From positions 1 to 28,936 of the forward strand of contig JBEEGY010000106.1 in assembly GCA_041167145.1 (NCBI GenBank): a stretch of 28,936 nucleotides of DNA, written 5' to 3'. Source of the stretch: Verrucomicrobiota bacterium (GTDB lineage Bacteria > Verrucomicrobiota > Verrucomicrobiia > Chthoniobacterales > UBA10450). Shown one piece after another: positions 9,627 to 16,775 of this stretch. The notes below the pieces were generated by a model, which was not told the origin of the DNA, made no database searches, and saw only the letters and a program-made list of their open reading frames with translations. The position numbers and the translations under genes are program-made. Positions within the stretch are counted from its first letter, which is position 1; every line of letters begins with the position of its first letter.

Positions 9627-10778
9627 TTAGCCTTCAACACATGACGAGTTTTCAGCTTTTGCGGTTAAACGCAAACCAGCAATTTGCTGGTTCATGCCAC
9701 AATCCAGAACGATGTTCTCGTCGGCTCGTGTTCCCGCGGCTGTCTGGTTAATGCCGGTCTCCATTGAGCTGTGAAGCAGCGGAGGCAACTGTCGGGTGAG
9801 GAGGGCCTGCGCTCCAACAATGATTTGCCAAATGCCGCTGGCTCCAACGCTTTCTCCGAGGGCTGCTTTTGGGGAATAAACGCAAGCCTTGCAACGCATT
9901 TGAGAAAGGGCGGTTCTTTCTGCTTCATCTATGAAAGTTCCATTCGCACTGCTGATGATCACAGTGGCCGTCTCGCAATCGAGGCCGGAAAGGACCTTTG
10001 CCGTCCATTGCGTGGCGGCTGTTCGACGGAAGAAATTGCCACCGGGATGGACCTTCTTGATCCCAATCACGCCCTTGCGCGCGAGAAGAATTGCACCCGC
10101 TCCCTCACTCAAGACCGTGCCACGAGGTCGTTTATGGAAGGGCTCAATCGGCGGCTCCGAGCGAAGCAGGCGCCATTTGCTATAGGCATCGCAAAGAACC
10201 CAGTCAGCTTCCTCCGCACCCACTACCAGACAATAATCGAACCTCTCGTCGGCCATCAGATCCTCCGCCATCCGTATCGCCAGAATGCCGGCGGCGCCGT
10301 CGGCGACGAGCGTGTAACTGGCACCGGTTAATCCGAGAACCGCCGCTAAATGACTGGCGGGCGCATTGAAAACTGTTTCGGGAAAAAGCAACGGACTCGC
10401 CGCACTCGCCCCGGCTTGAACAATATCGTGATAAAAACGCTTCGTGTACGAGACGCCGCCATTTGCAACGGCAAAAACGAGCGCCGTCCGATCGATAATG
10501 TCGCGATCAATTGTTAATCTCGCCTCCTTTAGGGCGGCCAGTCCCGCGGCTACGGCAAATCTTGAAATAGCGCTGGCCCGACGAAGTCGTGGATGCGCCG
10601 GCAGATCGGTAAGAGCGTCGGCCGGAACGCGGAAGGCCGAATAGCTTTTGCTCGTCTCGAACGGACCGGCAATTTTGCTCGCGATTGCTTCATCGCCGCG
10701 CATCATCCGTTGCCAGACCGAATCGAGACCGCTCCCCAATGGCGTCACCCAACCCATACCGGCAATACACAGACTCAT
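9627..10778 (-). CDS. Catalytically degenerate beta-ketoacyl synthase (chain-length-factor-like)
   Basis: Thiolase-fold KS sequence (IAGMGWVTPLG, SPLLFPETVFNAPASH, LSEGAGAILL), but Cys is replaced by Asp (TLVADGAAG), His by Asn (ISSANGT) and His by Glu (PKAALGESVGASG). ATGA overlap with the upstream KS. Confidence 0.8.
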   Translation of the reverse strand: MSLCIAGMGWVTPLGSGLDSVWQRMMRGDEAIASKIAGPFETSKSYSAFRVPADALTDLPAHPRLRRASAISRFAVAAGLAALKEARLTIDRDIIDRTALVFAVANGGVSYTKRFYHDIVQAGASAASPLLFPETVFNAPASHLAAVLGLTGASYTLVADGAAGILAIRMAEDLMADERFDYCLVVGAEEADWVLCDAYSKWRLLRSEPPIEPFHKRPRGTVLSEGAGAILLARKGVIGIKKVHPGGNFFRRTAATQWTAKVLSGLDCETATVIISSANGTFIDEAERTALSQMRCKACVYSPKAALGESVGASGIWQIIVGAQALLTRQLPPLLHSSMETGINQTAAGTRADENIVLDCGMNQQIAGLRLTAKAENSSCVEG

Positions 10779-11992
10779 GCGTCGGTTTTTTGCATGACGA
10801 TAGAAGCGTTCGTGCCGCCAAAACCGAACGAGTTTGAAAGGACCGTTCTGGGTGAGGCGGGTCTTGCTTCGTTTGCGACAATATCAAGATCGACATCTTC
10901 ATCCGGGCGTCGAAAGTTGATGTTAGACGGCAGAAATTGATTTTGTAGCGCGAGGAGACAAAAGACTGCTTCGACGGCGCCGGCCGCGCCCAACGAATGT
11001 CCCATCATGCCCTTGGTGGAACTTACCGGTACCCGCCCAAATAATTCGCAAATCGCCTTTGCTTCCGCGGCATCGTTGAAAGCCGTGGCGGTGCCATGAG
11101 CATTAATGTAATCCACTTGCGTCGCAGAGATTCCGGCGCTGCGCAGAGCGCCTTCCATGGCTCGTCGCGGTCCGATGCCGGACGGATCGGGTTGAGTTAA
11201 GTGGTGATTGTCAGTCGAAATTCCGTATCCGATTATTTCTCCGAAAATCTTCGCACCGCGAGATACAGCACCTTCCCAATTCTCCAACAAAAGAATTGCG
11301 GCGCCTTCGCCCAGCACCATTCCAGACCGCTCCCGATCAAACGGGCGACATTTCTCGGGAGTTGCAGCCTGGAGTGAATCGAACCCAACAAACACCAGTT
11401 CGGAGATTGCGTCGTATCCGCCGGTGAGCACTCGTTGGTACTTCCCTGAGCGAATGCAATTGAAAGCGTGGCCGATCGCGTTCGTTCCCGATGCGCAGGC
11501 GTTGGCGATTACCTGGCAAGGCGCAGAAATATTAAAAGCCTCCTGCGCATCGAGCACCGGCTTTTGCGGCGGATAGTTCGAAAGCCAGGTTGGCGAACGC
11601 CGCGCGGTCCCATGTCGATCTAACGAACGATAATAATTCTCGCCGTACGACATCCCCCCGCTGGTGGTCCCGATCACTGTCAATTCCGGTTTGAACTGCG
11701 GGCTTGATTCAAGCGCTTCTCTTAAGGCGCAGATCATCATGTGGGAGACCCGGTGGAGACGTTGGACACGGCGTCCTTTCGCGCTCCCCTCGAGCCATTC
11801 GTCTGGAATTTGTCCGGCCGTCTTGCAGCGGCATTGATCGACTGGGAAGCGTGTCACGGGGGTCACGCAATCGCGCGCATTCCGCAGGCAATGAAGCGTT
11901 TCAGTTAGGCCCGTGCCTAGCGGACTGACAATGCCGGCTCCCACAATGGCCACGCGCCGGAGTGTTTTTCCGTTAGAAACGTCAAATCTCAA
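10775..11992 (-). CDS. Beta-ketoacyl-ACP synthase (FabF-like / type II PKS KS) with intact Cys-His-His triad
   Basis: ANACASG, YINAHGTAT, STKGMMGHSLGAAG, SNSFGFGGTN. Start placed at TTG 11992, 6 nt after a strong SD (AAAGGAGG), rather than at 12061. Confidence 0.88.
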   Translation of the reverse strand: MRFDVSNGKTLRRVAIVGAGIVSPLGTGLTETLHCLRNARDCVTPVTRFPVDQCRCKTAGQIPDEWLEGSAKGRRVQRLHRVSHMMICALREALESSPQFKPELTVIGTTSGGMSYGENYYRSLDRHGTARRSPTWLSNYPPQKPVLDAQEAFNISAPCQVIANACASGTNAIGHAFNCIRSGKYQRVLTGGYDAISELVFVGFDSLQAATPEKCRPFDRERSGMVLGEGAAILLLENWEGAVSRGAKIFGEIIGYGISTDNHHLTQPDPSGIGPRRAMEGALRSAGISATQVDYINAHGTATAFNDAAEAKAICELFGRVPVSSTKGMMGHSLGAAGAVEAVFCLLALQNQFLPSNINFRRPDEDVDLDIVANEARPASPRTVLSNSFGFGGTNASIVMQKTDA

Positions 11993-11998
11993 ATCTTT

Positions 11999-12006
11999 CC
12001 TCCTTT
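11999..12006 (-). promoter_or_regulatory. Shine-Dalgarno site for the KS gene
   Basis: AAAGGAGG on the - strand, followed by AAAGAT and then TTG. Confidence 0.6.
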
Positions 12007-12174
12007 GATTTTCTCGATTCCTGTTGATTTCCCACCCGAAGCCCCTTACAAATTGGCCCAAACGGAAACAAAAGCTCGGAAGTTGGTGGATTGTCCAGTT
12101 GAGTTTATTTCAGTGGCGATTTGAAATCCGATAAGCGGGAACAGTGACCAAGCAGCGTTTCCAGAATAAACTCA

Positions 12175-12546
12175 ATGGGAAATAAATTATACGTAGGGAA
12201 TCTTCCCTTCAACACCACCGAAAACGAACTGCAGGAGCTTTTCGCGCAAGCGGGCACCGTCCAGGAAGTGATGCTCATGCAGGACAAATTTACAGGCAAA
12301 TCGCGCGGCTTTGCCTTCGTTACAATGGGCTCCGACCAAGATGCGCAGAACGCGATCTCGAAGTTCAATGGTCACACCATGGAAAACCGTGCTTTGACCG
12401 TGAACGAAGCACGCCCACGCGAATCCCGTCCAGGGGGCGGGGGCGGTGGCGGGGGCGGATATGGCGGCGGCGGCGGTGGCGGAGGATATGGTGGTGGCGG
12501 CGGTGGCCGTGGCCGAGGCAACGGCGGACCAAGACGCGACCGCTAG
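12175..12546 (+). CDS. RRM-domain RNA-binding protein with Gly-rich tail
   Basis: RNP2 LYVGNL and RNP1 RGFAFVTM; LTVNEARPRE; then a G/Y/R-rich tail encoded by GGC/GGT runs. Confidence 0.93.
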   Translation: MGNKLYVGNLPFNTTENELQELFAQAGTVQEVMLMQDKFTGKSRGFAFVTMGSDQDAQNAISKFNGHTMENRALTVNEARPRESRPGGGGGGGGGYGGGGGGGGYGGGGGGRGRGNGGPRRDR

Positions 12547-12567
12547 AATTCGCAAAATTATTTTTTG

Positions 12568-12598
12568 AAAGCGCTCGCTTCGGCGAGCGCTTTTTTTT
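12568..12598 (+). terminator. Rho-independent terminator
   Basis: AAAGCGCTCGC-TTCG-GCGAGCGCTTT stem with a cUUCGg tetraloop, followed by T8. Confidence 0.9.
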
Positions 12599-12680
12599 CG
12601 CGATAACCCACGGCTATGGAAGCCGCGTCATGCGAATAGGTTGTGTATTGAACTAAACCGAACCTAAGGAGCTAGCGATT

Positions 12681-13109
12681 ATGGCCCAATCAGATTCAGA
12701 GGAAATTCAAATTCCTGCAATTCCGAAACAAACGGCGGGGGCTGTGACTGGTGCGGCGATTGGCAGTGTAGCGGGGCCCATCGGCGCGGTAGTTGGCGGA
12801 GTCGTCGGCGCTCTTGCCGCCAAAAGGGTCGCAAGTGGCAAACCGATCATCCCAGGCGTGCGCAAAACGGGTAGACGCGTGGCGAAAAAGGCCAAGAGCG
12901 TCGCGAAAAAAGTAAAAACCGCGAAAGGCACAGCGCGTAAATCTTCACGCACAAAAGCGTCCTCAAAATCTCGCGGTAAAGGCGCAAAATCGTCTCGAGG
13001 AGCTGCTGGAAAATCGAAACGCACTGCTTCGCGCAAGAGCAGTGGCCGCGCAAAAGCATCACGGTCCAAAGCGCGCAAAGGCGGCAGGTCGCGCAAGCGT
13101 CGACGGTAG
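12681..13109 (+). CDS. Glycine-zipper plus Lys/Arg/Ser-rich (histone-H1-like) small protein
   Basis: SD AAGGAG at 12666-12671. N-terminal GAVTGAAIGSVAGPIGAVVGGVVGA (GxxxG repeats). C-terminal ~90 aa dominated by K/R/S/A. Confidence 0.75.
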   Translation: MAQSDSEEIQIPAIPKQTAGAVTGAAIGSVAGPIGAVVGGVVGALAAKRVASGKPIIPGVRKTGRRVAKKAKSVAKKVKTAKGTARKSSRTKASSKSRGKGAKSSRGAAGKSKRTASRKSSGRAKASRSKARKGGRSRKRRR

Positions 13110-13114
13110 GCTTG

Positions 13115-13134
13115 TCCTGAGCGCAGTCGAACGG
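13115..13134. repeat. Left arm of a 20-bp imperfect inverted repeat (REP-like)
   Basis: TCCTGAGCGCAGTCGAACGG; its reverse complement matches 13338-13357 at 19 of 20 positions. Confidence 0.75.
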
Positions 13135-13158
13135 CTCGAGAGTTCGCCGAGAAAAAAA

Positions 13159-13241
13159 TGGGCAGGGCTGGATTCGAACCAGCGAAGGCGTAAGCCAGCG
13201 GATTTACAGTCCGCCCCGTTTGGCCACTTCGGTACCTACCC
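13159..13241 (-). tRNA. tRNA-Tyr (GTA), CCA not encoded
   Basis: - strand GGGTAGGTACCGAAGTGGCCAAACGGGGCGGACTGTAAATCCGCTGGCTTACGCCTTCGCTGGTTCGAATCCAGCCCTGCCCA: acceptor stem GGGTAGG/CCTGCCC, anticodon loop CTGTAAA, long variable arm, TTCGAAT T-loop. Confidence 0.96.
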
Positions 13242-13337
13242 GCCAGTGTGAGCGTTGATATAGGCTCGCGCCCGGCGCGCCGCAAGTGATTTGGGCTAAA
13301 TGTGCGTGCCGAAAATGATCAAGATACGCTCGCCGAC

Positions 13338-13357
13338 CCGTTCGACAGCGCTCAGGA
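13338..13357. repeat. Right arm of the 20-bp imperfect inverted repeat (REP-like)
   Basis: CCGTTCGACAGCGCTCAGGA, a few bases downstream of the aminotransferase stop codon. Confidence 0.75.
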
Positions 13358-13363
13358 GAAGCC

Positions 13364-14554
13364 TTAGCGAAAAAACCCCGCAATTGCGTCAACGACATAA
13401 CGCTGAGCATCGCGTGAGATTTCCGGATAGATGGGAAGCGCGAGCGATTCGCGAGTGGCCCGCTCCGTTTCCGGCAGATCGCCTTCCTTATAACCGAGAT
13501 AGGCGAAACATTTCTGGAGATGTAATCCGATCGGATAATAAATCTCCGTTCCGATCTGCCGCTCGGTCAGGTATTCGCGCAAGGCGTCACGCCGCGGCGT
13601 GCGAATCACATATTGGTGGTAGATGTGATGGTTCGTCAGGCCCTCCTCGCGGTAAGGTTCAGCGGGAAGGGCGATTTTGTCTTCCAGATCTTTGCTGGTA
13701 AATTCTTCCCGGTAAAAATCGGCGGCGGCTCGTCGCGCCGCAGACCACTCCGCCAAGTGCGGTATTTTCACATCGAGAATCGCTGCTTGAATTTCGTCCA
13801 GCCGAAAGTTGCCGCCGATGAATTCGTGCTGATAACGAGGTTCCATTCCGTGTTGCCGAATAATGCGTAATCGCTTGGCCAGGCTTTCATCGCGGCAAAC
13901 GATCATTCCTGCATCACCGGCCGCGCCGAGATTTTTTGAGGGATAGAAACTGAAGCAACCAGCCTCCCCTATTGTCCCGGCCGTGCGGATCCCCATGTGG
14001 TCCGTGCGATATTCTGCTCCGATCGCTTGCGCCGCATCTTCAATTACCTCGAGGCTGTATTTTTCCGAGATCACGTGAATAGGATTCATTTCGGAACAGA
14101 GTCCAAAGAGATGGACCGGAACAATGGCGCGAACACGTTCATTCGTTTTGCGCACTAAGACGGCGTCGCGTTTCTGTTCACATTCAGCGACAAGAAATTG
14201 CTCGAGCGCATTCGAGGAAAGATTAAATGTGGCAGGATCGACATCGACAAACAACGGCCTGGCGCCGACGCGCGCGATACATCCCGCTGTTGCAAAAAAA
14301 CTGTAAGCTGTCGTGATCACGGCATCTCCCCGTCCGATTTCGAGTGCCATTAAAACGGCGAGCAGCGCATCGGTGCCTGACGAAACGCCAACCGCGTAAG
14401 GCGCCCCCGTTCGGACACAGATTGCGCGCTCAAATGTCTCCACGTTCGCTCCGAGGATGAAGCGCTGGCTGGCCATGACTTTGTCGATGCGCTCGCGAAT
14501 TGGATCCGCCAGCGAACGGTATTGCTCACTTAAATCAAGAAGCGGAACGCGCAT
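13364..14554 (-). CDS. DegT/DnrJ/EryC1/StrS family PLP-dependent sugar aminotransferase
   Basis: GVSSGTDAL; IVPVHLFG; VIEDAAQAIGA; FSFYPSKNLGAAGDAG (PLP lysine); NFRLDEIQAA; LALPIYP. Confidence 0.92.
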   Translation of the reverse strand: MRVPLLDLSEQYRSLADPIRERIDKVMASQRFILGANVETFERAICVRTGAPYAVGVSSGTDALLAVLMALEIGRGDAVITTAYSFFATAGCIARVGARPLFVDVDPATFNLSSNALEQFLVAECEQKRDAVLVRKTNERVRAIVPVHLFGLCSEMNPIHVISEKYSLEVIEDAAQAIGAEYRTDHMGIRTAGTIGEAGCFSFYPSKNLGAAGDAGMIVCRDESLAKRLRIIRQHGMEPRYQHEFIGGNFRLDEIQAAILDVKIPHLAEWSAARRAAADFYREEFTSKDLEDKIALPAEPYREEGLTNHHIYHQYVIRTPRRDALREYLTERQIGTEIYYPIGLHLQKCFAYLGYKEGDLPETERATRESLALPIYPEISRDAQRYVVDAIAGFFR

Positions 14555-14620
14555 GGCTCCAAAAGCATGGCAGCTTCGCTAAGTGGTTCAATCTGAACTT
14601 TGTCTGGAGATAGCCCCAGA

Positions 14621-14649
14621 TTGACCTGGCACCTCTTTTGCTCTACGAT
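14621..14649 (+). promoter_or_regulatory. Putative sigma70 promoter for the small ORF (leaderless geometry)
   Basis: TTGACC-N17-TACGAT, followed 7 nt later by ATG 14657. Confidence 0.6.
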
Positions 14650-14656
14650 CTAGCCG

Positions 14657-14833
14657 ATGTCGCTGATCCGCGGGCTCTTTTGGTTGGCCCTCTTCGTTTT
14701 CTTTACGTTCTGTTTCATCGTGCTTTTCGAGTATGGCACGCATGATTTCGTTCCCGGATTTCAGAAGGAATTCGCGCGGGTCGTCGCTTTCGTGAAGCAC
14801 GCAGATAAAACGCAGCCTAAATCGAAGAGGTAA
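14657..14833 (+). CDS. Small 58-aa single-pass membrane protein (below the ORF track cutoff)
   Basis: MSLIRGLFWLALFVFFTFCFIVLFEYGTHDFVPGFQKEFARVVAFVKHADKTQPKSKR*. Fills the gap between degT and mqnD and has a well-spaced promoter. Confidence 0.7.
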   Translation: MSLIRGLFWLALFVFFTFCFIVLFEYGTHDFVPGFQKEFARVVAFVKHADKTQPKSKR

Positions 14834-14871
14834 TTGCGGAAGCTGCCTGGAGAGCCGGCTCTCGTGGCGTG

Positions 14872-15744
14872 TTATTCGACGAATGTCACTTCAATTCGAT
14901 TGTCGATATAGCCCGCTTCATGCGCGTCGCCCAGAAATTGGCGGATGGCCGCCCGTCCATTCTCACCGTAGTCGCGCGTGTAATCATTCACGTACATTCC
15001 AATAAACTTTCCGGCCAGGTCTGGATTCATGTCGCGGGCGTAAGGCATTGAGTGCCGCACGGCCTCCTCGCGATGCGCCAGACCGTAATCGATACTCTCG
15101 CGCATGATTTGAACAATGTCGCGTTGTGTTGCCGTAGGAATATCTTTCCGCAAAACATTCCCGCCCAACGGCAAAGGCAAACCGGTTTTGTTTTTCCACC
15201 ATTCACCAAGATCGACGATCTTCTTAAAACCTGAGCGCGCGTAAGTGAGCTGGCCTTCATGAATGATCAAGCCGGCATCCGCGCGTCCGCTCCTCACCGC
15301 GTCAAAGATCTGATCGAACGGCGTGACGACCTGTTGGAAATCGCCCAGGTAAAGTTGCAAAGCCACGTAAGCGCTGGTCATACGGCCGGGAACGGCAATA
15401 ACCCGGCTACGCAGCCAATTCTTAAGATCGACATCGTCTTCGGCGTCGAATTGCGGGACCTCTGTCGCCGTCACCACCAGCGGCCCATAACCGTCGCCCA
15501 TGCTGGCGCCGCATGGCATAAGCGCGTATTTATCGCTCACATAAGCGTAAGCGTGAATGGAGATGGCGGAGATGTGAAGTTCGCCACGTAGCGCGCGCTC
15601 ATTGAGCGTTTGAATATCTTCGAGCCGATGGTCAAAGCGATAGCCGCGCAAATCGATCTTGTTTTCCGCCATCGCGTAAAACATGAAAGCGTCATCCGGA
15701 TCCGGTGAATGCCCGAGGGTGAAAACGTCTCCATCGCACGACAT
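14872..15744 (-). CDS. mqnD: 1,4-dihydroxy-6-naphthoate synthase (futalosine menaquinone pathway)
   Basis: TLGHSPDPDDAFMFYA; DIQTLNERA; GASMGDGYGP; GLIIHEGQLTY; GLPLPLGGN; FIGMYVNDYT. Confidence 0.88.
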   Translation of the reverse strand: MSCDGDVFTLGHSPDPDDAFMFYAMAENKIDLRGYRFDHRLEDIQTLNERALRGELHISAISIHAYAYVSDKYALMPCGASMGDGYGPLVVTATEVPQFDAEDDVDLKNWLRSRVIAVPGRMTSAYVALQLYLGDFQQVVTPFDQIFDAVRSGRADAGLIIHEGQLTYARSGFKKIVDLGEWWKNKTGLPLPLGGNVLRKDIPTATQRDIVQIMRESIDYGLAHREEAVRHSMPYARDMNPDLAGKFIGMYVNDYTRDYGENGRAAIRQFLGDAHEAGYIDNRIEVTFVE

Positions 15745-15750
15745 GGGCGC

Positions 15751-15779
15751 ATGCTATTCGCGCTATCATAGGTCTGCAA
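15751..15779 (-). promoter_or_regulatory. Putative sigma70 promoter for mqnD (leaderless geometry)
   Basis: - strand TTGCAG-N17-TAGCAT-N6-ATG. Confidence 0.55.
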
Positions 15780-15828
15780 CTCAGGCCCCGGGCAGGACTA
15801 CGTTTTCCCTTCCGGGCGGCGTTGCTGT

Positions 15829-15857
15829 TTGCGTTGGAAGTTCTGTTCCGGTAGCCT
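15829..15857 (+). promoter_or_regulatory. Putative sigma70 promoter for parB (leaderless geometry)
   Basis: TTGCGT-N17-TAGCCT-N7-ATG (15865). Confidence 0.5.
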
Positions 15858-15864
15858 GAAGCAC

Positions 15865-16752
15865 ATGGCGAAATCCGGACTTGGCAAAGGTCTCGGCGCG
15901 CTCATCAGTGGGCGGCCAGCTGTTCCTCATTTGGAGGTCGAATCGGGCGAACGAATACAGGAAGTCAGTCTCGCTCGCATCACTCCGAGCCCGCTGCAGC
16001 CGCGTAAGGATTTCGCGCAGGACGCCTTGCAGGAGCTGGTCGATTCGATTCGACAGCACGGAATTATCCAACCGTTGATTGTTCGCAAGGCGGGGGCGCA
16101 GTATGAACTGATCGCCGGTGAACGCCGGTGGCGCGCGGCCCAGGAGCTTGGGCTCGCGCAGGTGCCGGTGATCTTGCGGACGGCCAGCGATCTCGAAGTT
16201 CTTCAGCTTTCGCTGATTGAGAATTTACAACGTGCCGATCTTAACCCGATCGAAGAAGCGCAAGGTTATGCCAGGCTGGCAAGTGAATTTGGATTACGAC
16301 AAGAAGACATCGCATCGAAAGTTGGCCGTAGCCGCGCGTCCGTCGCAAACGCGCTGCGTTTGCTCGATCTGCATCCGCAAATTCAAGTCTGGCTTACGCA
16401 AAGTTTATTATCGGTTGGACATGCCAAAGTCTTGCTCGGTCTAAAAATTCCCGAGGAACAATTGCTCGTGGCCCAAACCGTGTTACGACGCAGCGCCACC
16501 GTCCGGGCGACAGAGCGGCTCGTGGCCCGGCAGCTGGGCGCGGCGAGATCGCGTCGCAAGCGTCGGGGAGTTGAGGCGGTCGCGACCTCCGCAGTAATCG
16601 AAGATCTGCAAGAGCGTTTGCAGGAACATCTCGGCACTCGCGTCGCCATTTATCACGGCGAAAAGCGCGGTCGAATCGAAATCGAATATTACGGAGACGA
16701 CGATCTTCAGCGCGTGATTATGGCGCTTGGATTAGATCAAAACGTCAGCTGA
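15865..16752 (+). CDS. parB: ParB/Spo0J chromosome partitioning protein
   Basis: GLGKGLGALI; SPLQPRKDF; GIIQPLIVR; IAGERRWRAA (CTP-binding motif); LIENLQRADLNPIEEA; HTH KVGRSRASVANALRLL; C-terminal GRIEIEYY. Start at ATG 15865. Confidence 0.93.
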   Translation: MAKSGLGKGLGALISGRPAVPHLEVESGERIQEVSLARITPSPLQPRKDFAQDALQELVDSIRQHGIIQPLIVRKAGAQYELIAGERRWRAAQELGLAQVPVILRTASDLEVLQLSLIENLQRADLNPIEEAQGYARLASEFGLRQEDIASKVGRSRASVANALRLLDLHPQIQVWLTQSLLSVGHAKVLLGLKIPEEQLLVAQTVLRRSATVRATERLVARQLGAARSRRKRRGVEAVATSAVIEDLQERLQEHLGTRVAIYHGEKRGRIEIEYYGDDDLQRVIMALGLDQNVS

Positions 16753-16775
16753 TCAGCCTTCCGCATCGGACGCCC

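Noticed and set aside
7313-11992. KS/CLF pair and lptD as a single operon
   Set aside because: Not supported as stated: lptD has its own promoter-like boxes at 9571-9598. A functional link remains only a possibility.
12434-12520. GGC/GGT microsatellite-like run
   Set aside because: Explained by the Gly-rich tail of the RRM protein; codons are mixed, not a pure slippage tract.
13159-13241. tRNA-Tyr as an integration site for an island
   Set aside because: No integrase, no duplicated tRNA 3' end and no compositional shift seen nearby.
12707-13285. 192-aa minus-strand ORF
   Set aside because: It runs through the tRNA-Tyr gene and is antisense to the basic protein; a shadow ORF.
13263-13291. 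Promoter for tRNA-Tyr (TTGCGG-N17-TATATC on the - strand)
   Set aside because: The -10 box lacks the conserved final T; too weak to list as a feature.
14588-14800. 70-aa minus-strand ORF
   Set aside because: The plus-strand 58-aa ORF has a TM segment and a properly spaced promoter; this one is its antisense shadow.
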